This document shows, in pieces, positions 49,164 through 58,188 of a DNA stretch of 64,000 nucleotides. This DNA is from an uncultured bacterium (lineage in GTDB: Bacteria > Verrucomicrobiota > Verrucomicrobiia > Verrucomicrobiales > DEV007), in assembly GCA_963977015.1 (NCBI GenBank), contig CAXBMO010000004.1, forward strand, positions 160,001 to 224,000. The letters are read 5' to 3'. Each line of letters begins with the position of its first letter. Position 1 is the first letter of the stretch. The notes under the pieces are model-generated. The model did not search any database. It was not told the DNA's origin and saw nothing but the letters and a program-made list of their open reading frames with translations. A program made the position numbers and the translations under genes.

Positions 49164-50012
49164 GTGTTTCAGTTCATCCGCATCACCTCATCTGAATTGC
49201 TCCGCATGTTTGCCCGGAAGCGGACGTATGGCGGCTACGCGGCGTTCCTCGCTTTCAACCTGCTTTTCCTGGCGATTCTGAGCCGCCCCGGCCCTTCCAA
49301 GCTGTTTCGAAAACCGATGGAGAACGGCGGCTTCGCGTTTGAGGAATACTACTCCGCACTCACGCTTGCCTTCGCAATTCTCGGCCTCACCACCATTTTT
49401 CTGCTCATCCCCTTTCTCGCGCTCGTGGCGGGTGATGTCGTTTCCAAGGAATTGGAGGATGGAAATCTGCGACTCATCCTTTCGCGCCCGGTTTCCCGTG
49501 CCCGCCTGCTCCTCAGCAAGTTCCTTGCCTGCCATATTTACACGTTCACCCTGGTCGCGTTTCTGGCCCTGATCTCCTTTGGAACCGGCGCACTGCTGAC
49601 AACGTGGAACGGCAGCATGTTCGTGATGACGCGACCGCGAGAGGTATTGGGCGTCTTCGATTTCGAGACCGGCCTTCGGCGATACCTAATCAGCGCCGGG
49701 TTCCTGACGTTGTGCATGTCGACCATCTCAAGCGTCGCTTTTCTCTTCTCCTGCCAAAACCTCAAACCGGCCGCCGCGACGATCCTGACCATCTGCGTGT
49801 TCTTTATCGACCGGATTCTGTGGGGCGTCCCCTACTTTCAAGACTATCAGAACTGGTTTCTCACGCCGCATTTGCGGGTCTGGATCCAGGCGTTTGCCGA
49901 TCCCCTCCCCTGGGGAAAACTTGGCTGGCATCTGGGCATTCTGGTCGGGATATCGATCGGCTGCTTTGCCGTGGGCTGGTTGACTTTTCGCAAGCGTGAC
50001 CTGAAGGCTTGA
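49164..50012 (+). CDS. ABC-2 type transporter permease
   Basis: About six TMs; GDVVSKELEDGNLRLILSRPVSR...KF; C-terminal FRKRDL. Confidence 0.9.
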   Translation: MFQFIRITSSELLRMFARKRTYGGYAAFLAFNLLFLAILSRPGPSKLFRKPMENGGFAFEEYYSALTLAFAILGLTTIFLLIPFLALVAGDVVSKELEDGNLRLILSRPVSRARLLLSKFLACHIYTFTLVAFLALISFGTGALLTTWNGSMFVMTRPREVLGVFDFETGLRRYLISAGFLTLCMSTISSVAFLFSCQNLKPAAATILTICVFFIDRILWGVPYFQDYQNWFLTPHLRVWIQAFADPLPWGKLGWHLGILVGISIGCFAVGWLTFRKRDLKA

Positions 50013-50869
50013 AGCAGAACATGATCGTTTGTGAAACCATTGAGCAAATCAGGGCGGAGCTGAATGCTTCCGCGCACCCCGTGGTTTTCGTCCCCACCAT
50101 GGGCGCCTTGCATGAAGGCCATCTCTCGCTCGTGAAGCGGGCCCGCGAATGGGGCGGCATCAATGCGAAAGTCGTCGTCAGCATCTATGTCAACCCGACG
50201 CAGTTTGCTCCCAACGAGGATTTCAAATCCTACCCGCGCGAGTTGGAATCGGATTTGGAGAAATGCCGCGAGGCTGGCGTGGACGTGATTTTTGCGCCGG
50301 AAGGCAGTTTGTTCCCCGAGTCCGCTTCCACCCACATCGTGGAGGACTCGCTCTCCGAAGGACTCTGCGGAAAAAGCCGCCCGCACTTTTTTGGAGGTGT
50401 CTGCACGGTCGTCGCCAAACTCTTCAATATCGTGCAACCCAATGCCGCCGTTTTTGGAGAAAAAGACTTTCAACAATTGGCGATCATCCGCCGAATGGTT
50501 CGCGATCTGGATTTCCCGATCGAGATTCTCGGAGCCCCGATCGTGCGCGAACCCGACGGACTGGCGATGAGTTCGCGAAATCAGTACCTTTCGGAGCGCG
50601 AACGCGGACAGGCAAAGGTGCTGAGCGAGGCGCTCGAAATGGCGAAGCAATACATGATTGCCGGCGAGCGCGATCCGGATGCGGTTGACTCCGTCGTCCG
50701 TTCCCGGATTCAGACCGCCCGGAGTGCACGAATCGACTATGTCCAAATTGTCGACCCGGAAGACCTTCGCGAACTTTCAAAAATTGAAGACCAAGCACTG
50801 GTTGCCATTGCCGTATTTTTAGGAAAAACGCGCCTCATTGACAACATTTGCGTTCGTGGATTGGCCTAA
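50009..50869 (+). CDS. panC: Pantoate--beta-alanine ligase
   Basis: VPTMGALHEGHLSL, VNPTQF, FGEKDFQQ, GLAMSSRN, RLIDN. Confidence 0.97.
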   Translation: MKQNMIVCETIEQIRAELNASAHPVVFVPTMGALHEGHLSLVKRAREWGGINAKVVVSIYVNPTQFAPNEDFKSYPRELESDLEKCREAGVDVIFAPEGSLFPESASTHIVEDSLSEGLCGKSRPHFFGGVCTVVAKLFNIVQPNAAVFGEKDFQQLAIIRRMVRDLDFPIEILGAPIVREPDGLAMSSRNQYLSERERGQAKVLSEALEMAKQYMIAGERDPDAVDSVVRSRIQTARSARIDYVQIVDPEDLRELSKIEDQALVAIAVFLGKTRLIDNICVRGLA

Positions 50870-51086
50870 TTTGCGCCGATTTTGAAGAATTTCAGTGTCC
50901 CGAGACCTCTCCACACCCCTGATTTTACAGGGAAATGCTTATTTTACGGTCGAATGTGACAATTACGAGTACGCTCACTTGTTGCAACAGCATCTTTAAT
51001 GTGGCAATTTTATAAATCCCCCCTCAACGCGAGTCACCTGCCACGGCGCACTCGGGAGAGGCTACAAACCTGGAACATTTGGAAAG

Positions 51087-51767
51087 ATGCACAAAATCTT
51101 GACCCTCACCCTCCCCGCGGTTGCGATCTGTCTCAGCAGCTGCGTCAACGAGCCATCCCGCTACAAGAACAGTGGCGAAGTGGCTTCCATCTGGCAACGC
51201 TCACCCCAATACTCGGTGGCTCCTCCGGCGAGACGATATACCGAAGCGAACCAAGCCACCAATCGAGCACCAAGCCGCCCGAGCAGCACCGCCGCCTACA
51301 ACACCTACACCGGCATCAATCGCTACGGCTCGGTTCCCACTCCACCACGGAACTCTTACCAATATCCCTACAGTCCTCCACGCTTGAGCGCGGTTGCACC
51401 TCGATCCAATAATCAACAGCCATCCGCAAGCTCTGAACCCGCGGATCGACAGCCTCCTCAGGAACGCCGGCTTTCTCCAGACCTCGACAACATGCCTCCC
51501 GCCGGAGGCTACGAAACGCGGGAAGCCGTTGGAAGCAATGCGGAGAATCTGGCCAGCACCAAGCGCAACGAGACTCCCGCCCAGAGTGGCAGTTTCAGTC
51601 ATCTGCCCATGGCCGTTCCGGTTCCGGGCAAGTCGGGCTACGTTTCGCTTCCTGCCCCCTACACCAATTCTCCCGAGATCGATGTTCGCGGAATTCCGCC
51701 AGGGACTCCGGTTGAAATTCCAGACAGCAACAACCCTGGAAAAACCATCCAATTTCGGGTTCCCTGA
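51087..51767 (+). CDS. Hypothetical lipoprotein with a Pro/Ser-rich linker and conserved-looking C-terminal domain
   Basis: Lipobox LSSC; C-terminus PVPGKSGYV...IDVRGIPPG...FRVP. Confidence 0.7.
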   Translation: MHKILTLTLPAVAICLSSCVNEPSRYKNSGEVASIWQRSPQYSVAPPARRYTEANQATNRAPSRPSSTAAYNTYTGINRYGSVPTPPRNSYQYPYSPPRLSAVAPRSNNQQPSASSEPADRQPPQERRLSPDLDNMPPAGGYETREAVGSNAENLASTKRNETPAQSGSFSHLPMAVPVPGKSGYVSLPAPYTNSPEIDVRGIPPGTPVEIPDSNNPGKTIQFRVP

Positions 51768-51795
51768 GATTCGAATTTCCCAACCGGGGTTTTGA

Positions 51796-52674
51796 ATGCA
51801 GAGTTCGGCTCTGAACTCTGATCTGCACATCTGTATCGCTGGTCCCGGCCTCCTGGGAGGCTCGATCGCGCTTGGAATCCAAAAACACCTCCCCAACGCC
51901 TCCCTATCCATTTGGGCGCGGCGGGAGGAAGCACGCCAGGAACTGCGGGATCGCGGATTTGCGGAAAGCCAGGTTTTCGCGGATTTGTCCGAATCCGCCC
52001 ATGGCGCCAATCTGCTGATCCTTGCCACACCGATCGGCGTGATGGCCCATCTCGCCAAAGAAATCGTCGAGCATGCGGAGCTCGCCGAGGACGCCGTCGT
52101 CACGGACGTGGGAAGCGTCAAAGGAAGCGTGGTCGCCGAATTGGAGCCGATTTTCCACGATCGGGGAATCTGCTTTATCGGCTCCCATCCCATGGCGGGA
52201 TCGGAGAAAACCGGGTTGGAACATTCCGATCCGGAATTGCTGCGCGGTGCTCGCTGCATCATCACACCAACCGGCCAGCCGGACACCAAAGTCCAGTGCG
52301 TCGAATCATTTTGGCGGAGCCTGGGCGCATCGACGCACATCCTGACCCCGGCAGAACACGATCGCGTGGTTGCCCGCATCAGCCATCTTCCCCATGCGGC
52401 CGCTTCCGCGATCACCGCGGCAGCCATCGGTTCCGACACCTCGCCCATTCAGTTGAGCGGAGGCGGATTTCGAGACACGACCCGGGTTGCCGCGGGTGCA
52501 CCGGAAATGTGGGCGGAGATTCTCTTGGAAAATCAGGTCGAAGTTCTGGCCGCGTTAGAGGATTTGAGTGCGAATGTGAGCGAAATACTTGAGTTTTTGC
52601 GTAAAAGGGACCAAAAGAAGCTTGCCGCCTATTTGGCGCGCGCCAAAGAACTCCGCGATCTTCTCGCGGAGTAA
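51796..52674 (+). CDS. tyrA: Prephenate/arogenate dehydrogenase
   Basis: GPGLLGGSI, DVGSVK, HPMAGSE, HD...SHLPH, GFRDTTRVA. Confidence 0.93.
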   Translation: MQSSALNSDLHICIAGPGLLGGSIALGIQKHLPNASLSIWARREEARQELRDRGFAESQVFADLSESAHGANLLILATPIGVMAHLAKEIVEHAELAEDAVVTDVGSVKGSVVAELEPIFHDRGICFIGSHPMAGSEKTGLEHSDPELLRGARCIITPTGQPDTKVQCVESFWRSLGASTHILTPAEHDRVVARISHLPHAAASAITAAAIGSDTSPIQLSGGGFRDTTRVAAGAPEMWAEILLENQVEVLAALEDLSANVSEILEFLRKRDQKKLAAYLARAKELRDLLAE

Positions 52675-52764
52675 ACCAACTCCAAAATTTCGAAGTTGGG
52701 AACTCGGGTTCAGGTAAATCGACCTCCGAGTCTTCCGCTTCAGCTACTTCATCCCTCCCACTCA

Positions 52765-54165
52765 ATGGCGGAATTCAAGGTCAAGCGTTGTCGCCCGATC
52801 ACGGCGGAAATCACCGTGCCCGGAGATAAAAGCATCTCGCACCGGTCCATCATGATGTCGGCTCTCGCGAACGGCCCGTGCGTGATCGACGGTTTTTTAC
52901 CCAGTGAAGACTGTTTGGCAACGGTCAGCGCCTTTCGCCAGCTCGGCGTCAAAATCATCTTTGAAGAAGAAAACGCAGCCGGCCCAACCCGTCTCAAGGT
53001 TCACGGTCGAAAGGGACAACTGAAGTCCCCCGACGAGCCCATCGACTGCGGAAACTCCGGGACCACCATGCGATTGATGACCGGCATCCTCGCGGGCCAA
53101 CCGGTTGGTTTCAAAGCGGAACTGGTCGGCGACGAATCCCTCATGAGGCGTCCGATGCGGCGAATCATCGAGCCTCTCACGATCATGGGCGGACGCATTA
53201 CCGCCAAAGGCGAAGGCGACACGGCGCCCGTGGTGATTCGCGGATCACAGCTCCACGCAATCGATTATCAACTTCCCGTCGCGAGTGCCCAGGTCAAAAG
53301 CGCGGTCCTGCTCGCGTCCTTGTTCACCAAGGGAAAAACCACCATTACCGAACCGACACGGACGCGGGATCATACCGAGCGGATGCTCAACTTTTATCGG
53401 GTCAAAACGCTGCGGAACGAAGATCGCATCTCGATTTGGGGCGGTCAGACGCTTGAATCACGCGATTTCACGGTTCCTGGAGACATTTCCAGTGCGGCAT
53501 TCTGGGTAATCGCCGCCGCGGCGATGCCGGGCGCGCACCTCTCCATTCGAAACGTGGGTCTCAATGAAACGCGGACCGGGATTCTCAAAACGTTGATCCG
53601 AATGGGAGCCCAAATCACGGAAGTGATCGAGAACAGCGACCATGGCGAACCAATCGGGAGTATCGAGATCCACGGTGGCCGCCTCAAAGGCACGATCATC
53701 GAAGGAGAAGACATTCCCAACGTCATCGACGAGCTTCCCGTCATCGCAGTTGCCGGTGCCCTTGCCGAAGGAAGAACCACCATTCGCGACGCCAAGGAGT
53801 TGCGCGTCAAGGAATCGGACCGGATCGCCAGCGTCGCGAACAATCTGCGCCTCATGGGCGTCGAGGTTCAGGAGTTTTTCGACGGGATGGAAATTCAGGG
53901 CGGCGCGAAACTGCAGGGAGCGCGACTCAACAGCTTTGGAGATCACCGCGTGGGAATGGCCTTCGCGATCGCCGGCCTCTACGCGGATGGCGAAACCATC
54001 ATCGAAGACACGGACTGCATCAATACTTCTTACCCCGGCTTCCAGGAACAGCTGGGAAAGTTGCTCAAGACGCGGAGTGACAGCTACACTCCGGTCATTT
54101 CCTCGCTCAATCCCTCGATCGAGTTTGAACCGGACCACCGCTACATGCGCTCAGACGAGATGTGA
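52765..54165 (+). CDS. aroA: 3-phosphoshikimate 1-carboxyvinyltransferase (EPSP synthase)
   Basis: PGDKSISHR, DCGNSGTTMR, SAQVKSA, RDHTERM, ELRVKESDRI, DHR. Confidence 0.97.
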   Translation: MAEFKVKRCRPITAEITVPGDKSISHRSIMMSALANGPCVIDGFLPSEDCLATVSAFRQLGVKIIFEEENAAGPTRLKVHGRKGQLKSPDEPIDCGNSGTTMRLMTGILAGQPVGFKAELVGDESLMRRPMRRIIEPLTIMGGRITAKGEGDTAPVVIRGSQLHAIDYQLPVASAQVKSAVLLASLFTKGKTTITEPTRTRDHTERMLNFYRVKTLRNEDRISIWGGQTLESRDFTVPGDISSAAFWVIAAAAMPGAHLSIRNVGLNETRTGILKTLIRMGAQITEVIENSDHGEPIGSIEIHGGRLKGTIIEGEDIPNVIDELPVIAVAGALAEGRTTIRDAKELRVKESDRIASVANNLRLMGVEVQEFFDGMEIQGGAKLQGARLNSFGDHRVGMAFAIAGLYADGETIIEDTDCINTSYPGFQEQLGKLLKTRSDSYTPVISSLNPSIEFEPDHRYMRSDEM

Positions 54166-54227
54166 GGCCGTCAGTCTAAGATTTTGGTTTTCAGCCCCTT
54201 ATTTCTCGCTATGGGAAGCGCAAAGAT

Positions 54228-55523
54228 TTGAGCGCTCACAATCACATCGTTGTTGCCATTGATGGCCCCGCCGCTTCGGGCAAAAGCAGCGTCGCCAAGA
54301 TCCTCGCCCGCGAATTCGGATTCACGTTCGTCAATTCCGGAGCGATGTATCGCGCGATGACATGGCACACCCTCGAACAAGGGATCGATCCCGCTGATTC
54401 CGAGGCCGTCATCCGACTTCTGCACGAAACCAATTTCACCTGCGGCGTCCGCGATGGCGCCTCCACGGTCGCCGTCAACGGAAGAGAATTGAACGACGAG
54501 TTGCGCGAGCAACGGGTCAATGACGCGGTCTCCGCGGTTTCCGCCATTCCGGAAGTGCGCGTGCGCTTGGTCGATGAACAACGCCGCTACCAGGAACTGA
54601 CGGACGTGATTACGGAAGGACGCGATATCGGAACCGTCGTTTTTCCGGATACGCCCTACAAATTTTACCTCGACGCTTCCCCTGAAGTTCGCGCAAAACG
54701 CCGCGGAGCGGAAGGAGTCACCGACGACATTCGCCTACGGGATCGCCAGGACAGCAACCGCAAAACCGCGCCACTTCGCCCCGCGCCCGATGCCGAAATG
54801 CTGGATTCGAGCCACATGACGCTCGAAGAAGTTGCCTCACACATTTCGCTTCACCTTCGCACCCGTGGCATTCGCCGGGACCGCACCCGGAAGCAACAAC
54901 CCAAGTGCTCCTTTCTTTATCGTGCTCTCAAATTCAGCGCCCGGTGGATCTACACAGCACTCTATCGCTTCCAGATTCATTATCCGGAACGCGCTGAAAT
55001 CCCGGGCGGAGCACTCATCGCCTCCAACCACATCAGCTTCTTCGATCCGCCCATCGTGGGCTGCTGGATGAACGAGCCGATCCACTACATGGCCCGAAAA
55101 ACCTTGTTCAGCACTCCTGCCGCCGACTGGGTCTATCGCGAACTGAACTCGATTCCCGTCGATCAGGAACAGGCCGATATGTCGACCTTTCGAACGGTCA
55201 TCGGATTGGTGAAAAAAGGGGAGAAGGTCCTGATTTTTCCCGAAGGCGAGCGCACCAGTGACGGGAATCTGGGCAAAGGCCAGCGCGGCGTCGGCATGCT
55301 GATTGGCAAATCCCATGCGCCGGTCATTCCGATGCGCATTTTCGGTTCTTTCGAGATTTTTCCCCGCGGCGCCAAGTTCCCCCGCCCTCATGGCAAGCTT
55401 GACCTGGTCGTTGGCGAACCCATCTATTTCACGGATGAAGAACTGAACGCCAAAGGCAAAAAAGCGAGTCAGTATCTTGCCGACAAAGTGATGGAAGAAA
55501 TCGGGAAGCTGAAAATTCCGTAG
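54228..55523 (+). CDS. cmk: Fused cytidylate kinase / 1-acyl-sn-glycerol-3-phosphate acyltransferase (Cmk-PlsC)
   Basis: N-half IDGPAASGKSS, GAMYR, EGRDIGTVVFP; C-half NHISFFD (HxxxxD) and IFPEGER, in one open frame. Confidence 0.9.
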   Translation: MSAHNHIVVAIDGPAASGKSSVAKILAREFGFTFVNSGAMYRAMTWHTLEQGIDPADSEAVIRLLHETNFTCGVRDGASTVAVNGRELNDELREQRVNDAVSAVSAIPEVRVRLVDEQRRYQELTDVITEGRDIGTVVFPDTPYKFYLDASPEVRAKRRGAEGVTDDIRLRDRQDSNRKTAPLRPAPDAEMLDSSHMTLEEVASHISLHLRTRGIRRDRTRKQQPKCSFLYRALKFSARWIYTALYRFQIHYPERAEIPGGALIASNHISFFDPPIVGCWMNEPIHYMARKTLFSTPAADWVYRELNSIPVDQEQADMSTFRTVIGLVKKGEKVLIFPEGERTSDGNLGKGQRGVGMLIGKSHAPVIPMRIFGSFEIFPRGAKFPRPHGKLDLVVGEPIYFTDEELNAKGKKASQYLADKVMEEIGKLKIP

Positions 55524-55546
55524 GGAGCGTTCCCGCCTGCCCGGCT

Positions 55547-56410
55547 TCAGAAACGGATCGTGATTCCCGTGAACAACTGAAGGTCGCGAGCCGCGTCGTT
55601 CAGTCCGGCAACAACACCGGCATCGAGAACGGTGTCATCATCCAACGCAAACGTCATCCCGCCACTGAAGTGAGCCTGGTAAGGAGAAAGCGGTGAGGCG
55701 ATGCCGATGTATTCGGTATAAAGCCCAAGTTGCTCAGTGACTTCAAAACCAAGCACAGCGGTGTGGAAGAACTCCAACTCGTGTTCGCCGGTGAAGGGAT
55801 CAAAAACGACATCGACCTCCGGCATCAGTCCCAACCCGACTCGGTCACAAAGATCGAGGGCGAAAGGAAAGGCGATCCCTCCCTCAATCTCGTCGTTGCT
55901 CAGTTGGCTCCCGGTGGGGATTTTGATGAATGGAAGCAGACCAAACGCGGTGCGTCCTCCGTCGTTGCCCCAAACGTTATGCTTGAGCCTCAATTGAACG
56001 TCACTCAGTCCTTCCACGGTCTCGGTGGGTGCGTCCGTGGAGCGGGTTTCCTCGTGAGTGTAGACATCGAAGACCACCTGAAGGTCCGTGTTCTCCCAAA
56101 GGCCGAATTTAAGATTCGCCGCCGCAAAAACATAGGCTTCGAATTCACCGCCATCGCTCAGATCATCAAATGCCCAATCCAGGAAGCTGATCTCCAATTG
56201 GAGATGCCCCGCATCAACGGTAATCGGACTTTCGGTTCCATCAGGGCGATCGGCAGAGAGGTCGCGAAGCTCGGAGTCCGGGACCGGATTAAACCAGTAG
56301 TGAGGACGAGCAGACTCCGCCGGGAGTTGGGAACTCTCAGGATCACCGGCAAAGAGTTGGATCATTCCGCAAACGAAAAAGCAGGTCGAATAGGTGTGAA
56401 TTGACTTCAT
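55547..56410 (-). CDS. Outer-membrane beta-barrel, 'transporter' (MetA-pathway/phenol degradation-like) family
   Basis: Signal peptide, DRPDGTESPITVDAGHLQLE, GLSDVQLRLK, alternating beta-strands, terminal Phe (GITIRF). Confidence 0.82.
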   Translation of the reverse strand: MKSIHTYSTCFFVCGMIQLFAGDPESSQLPAESARPHYWFNPVPDSELRDLSADRPDGTESPITVDAGHLQLEISFLDWAFDDLSDGGEFEAYVFAAANLKFGLWENTDLQVVFDVYTHEETRSTDAPTETVEGLSDVQLRLKHNVWGNDGGRTAFGLLPFIKIPTGSQLSNDEIEGGIAFPFALDLCDRVGLGLMPEVDVVFDPFTGEHELEFFHTAVLGFEVTEQLGLYTEYIGIASPLSPYQAHFSGGMTFALDDDTVLDAGVVAGLNDAARDLQLFTGITIRF

Positions 56411-56515
56411 AAAATTAGGTAAGCCTAAATCTTATAGCCGCAACTAACTTTTGAGGCTGGAGAGTTTCGATCAAAAAACCGGAAAAACGGTGACTCAAAT
56501 CTTCGACACCCGATC
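56387..56515. repeat. Direct repeat copy 1 (first codons and promoter of the barrel gene)
   Basis: 24 bp identical to 57887-57910, then degenerate similarity to 58007. Confidence 0.88.
56415..56428. promoter_or_regulatory. DtxR/IdeR/MntR-like box
   Basis: TTAGG-TAAG-CCTAA palindrome 4 nt upstream of the barrel start; resembles the DtxR consensus TTAGGTTAGCCTAACCTAA. Confidence 0.55.
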
Positions 56516-56620
56516 AGCCCGTAGCGGAAGATGCAAAATCTTCCGAAGAAGGCTGTTCGTTCGAAAAGATCCGGCAGGTTGAGAAAAGGTGAACATCCTG
56601 GTGCAAATCTTGGCCATCGG

Positions 56621-56662
56621 GCAGGTATCAGGCGTCAGGTAACAGCCGTCAGGTATCAGCTT
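56621..56662. repeat. Heptamer tandem repeat (6 x 7 bp)
   Basis: gcaggta tcaggcg tcaggta acagccg tcaggta tcagctt. Confidence 0.7.
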
Positions 56663-56981
56663 CGAGCACTGACCGCTGTCACCTATAAACGGCGCCCCGC
56701 AAAGCCAAGCCATCCTAACACAATCCGAATCGACATGTCATGGGAACGTACGGACTCGTCCCGCAGAAAACACGCCATCCGCCATCGGTCCCACTGCCTC
56801 TCGCGTTGCTGGTGACAAATCGGCGGAGCGATTCGTCACGCAGGGCTGTGCGCATCACGTTACCGGGTCAACCCAGCGTTGCTTGCTCCGCAAGTCGCTC
56901 AACCTCAGCCTGAAATCGAAACCGCAAAGGAGGCACGAGGGCCCGTTCAACAACCGATAGCTCCGGGGCAAAGCACGGAAG

Positions 56982-57599
56982 CTATCTTTGGAGTTCTGCC
57001 TTGTTGTGGCAAGTCTTACATAGAGCTTCAAGACGAGCACTTCGATGTATCTCATCAAAGACTTCCTTAACCCTCCCCTCTGGCCTCACGCGAAATTCTT
57101 CAAGCTTAAACCAATCCCAGTGAGCCATCTCCTTTGCAATAGCTTCGTCTCCAGCAGTCCTCATCACCTCTACCACGATATTCTTCCACGTTGGTTCTTC
57201 ATGGTGGACGTCATCCGGCGGGACTAGTCCGCACCGTTCACAAAGTTCGTGTTGCTTGCGATAGGAGATTTTCTGGCTAACAATCTCGAGACGCAGAGCC
57301 TTGCTAAGAGCTTCCTTCTTCTTCCTACTCGTCTTCGACGCAGCATCACGCCAAGACACCGGATGCCACCCTATGCCCTCAAAGTCACCATAGAATCTAT
57401 AAGGGTTATCTTCGGAGGTCTTTTTGAATCTCCGCGGCCGCAGGCCCTGTGGGCCACAAACATAATGTCGCTCACTTATCAAGTCAGAGAGCAGTTCATC
57501 CTCGAATGGAGTATTCATCTGCTGAACGTTGACGCGAGATTGAACTTCGGCGACGAGCTTTCCAAAAGTTTTGAAACTACGCCAAGCATTCGACTTCAT
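56982..57599 (-). CDS. DCL (DUF3223)-like domain + HNH-type endonuclease
   Basis: N-half LSDLISERH...RFY...PVSWRD; C-half CERCG...DDVHH...LEALCKTCHN; AT-richer than flanks. Confidence 0.72.
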   Translation of the reverse strand: MKSNAWRSFKTFGKLVAEVQSRVNVQQMNTPFEDELLSDLISERHYVCGPQGLRPRRFKKTSEDNPYRFYGDFEGIGWHPVSWRDAASKTSRKKKEALSKALRLEIVSQKISYRKQHELCERCGLVPPDDVHHEEPTWKNIVVEVMRTAGDEAIAKEMAHWDWFKLEEFRVRPEGRVKEVFDEIHRSARLEALCKTCHNKAELQR

Positions 57600-57886
57600 G
57601 GATTTTTCAGCATAACAGTATTTGTCCGTACCCCCCCTGGGATCGCAAGGGTTTTGTCGGGATTAGTGCCTCTATCCAGGAAGATGAATGGGAGAATTTC
57701 ACGCGTCGGCGACGATCCGGATATCAGGACTCTTTGCATCTCGCCACGAACCGAGGGCTTCAAAAGAACAGTCTTGCTTGACCTTACTTTTCCACCGCGT
57801 TTGGATGCCTGTCATGAAGGCGCTTCGTGGCAGGGATCAGGAGCTTCGGGGACGGCGTTTTGGCAAACGCCGCTACAGTCGATGCA

Positions 57887-58007
57887 CGAATAGGTGTGAA
57901 TTGACTTCATGGAATTAGGTAAGACTAACTTTTGCCGCAGGAGAGTTTTGATCAAAAAACTTCAAAAAACTTCAAAAAACGGTGACTAAAATCTCCGTCG
58001 CCCCATC
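57887..58007. repeat. Direct repeat copy 2 (decayed 5' end and promoter of the barrel gene), containing a 3x 10-bp tandem (T/A)TCAAAAAAC
   Basis: CGAATAGGTGTGAATTGACTTCAT identical to copy 1; TTAGGTAAGACTAA at 57915; tandem at 57951-57980. Confidence 0.88.
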
Positions 58008-58073
58008 TAAATAAGTGTCTGAACTGCACCGTTCGTGTGGTTCGTTCAACCAGCAACAACCTCCTCCTGGCCC

Positions 58074-58118
58074 GAGGGGCATTCCGGGGACGCAGCCGGG
58101 GTGCCCCTCAATTTTTTT
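58074..58118 (+). terminator. Intrinsic terminator with no protein-coding gene upstream on this strand
   Basis: GAGGGGCATTCCGG...CCGGGGTGCCCCTC stem followed by AATTTTTTT. Confidence 0.7.
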
Positions 58119-58188
58119 GGGGAGCATCGTTCCCGGGTTGACCGGAATTGAACCTTGATTGGTGGCAATGTTAGGCCAAAATCCGGCC

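Noticed and set aside
56820-56880. FVTQGCAHHVTG resembles the N-terminus of a REP-associated tyrosine transposase
   Set aside because: Too short, with no start codon or downstream HUH/Tyr motifs; chance similarity cannot be excluded.
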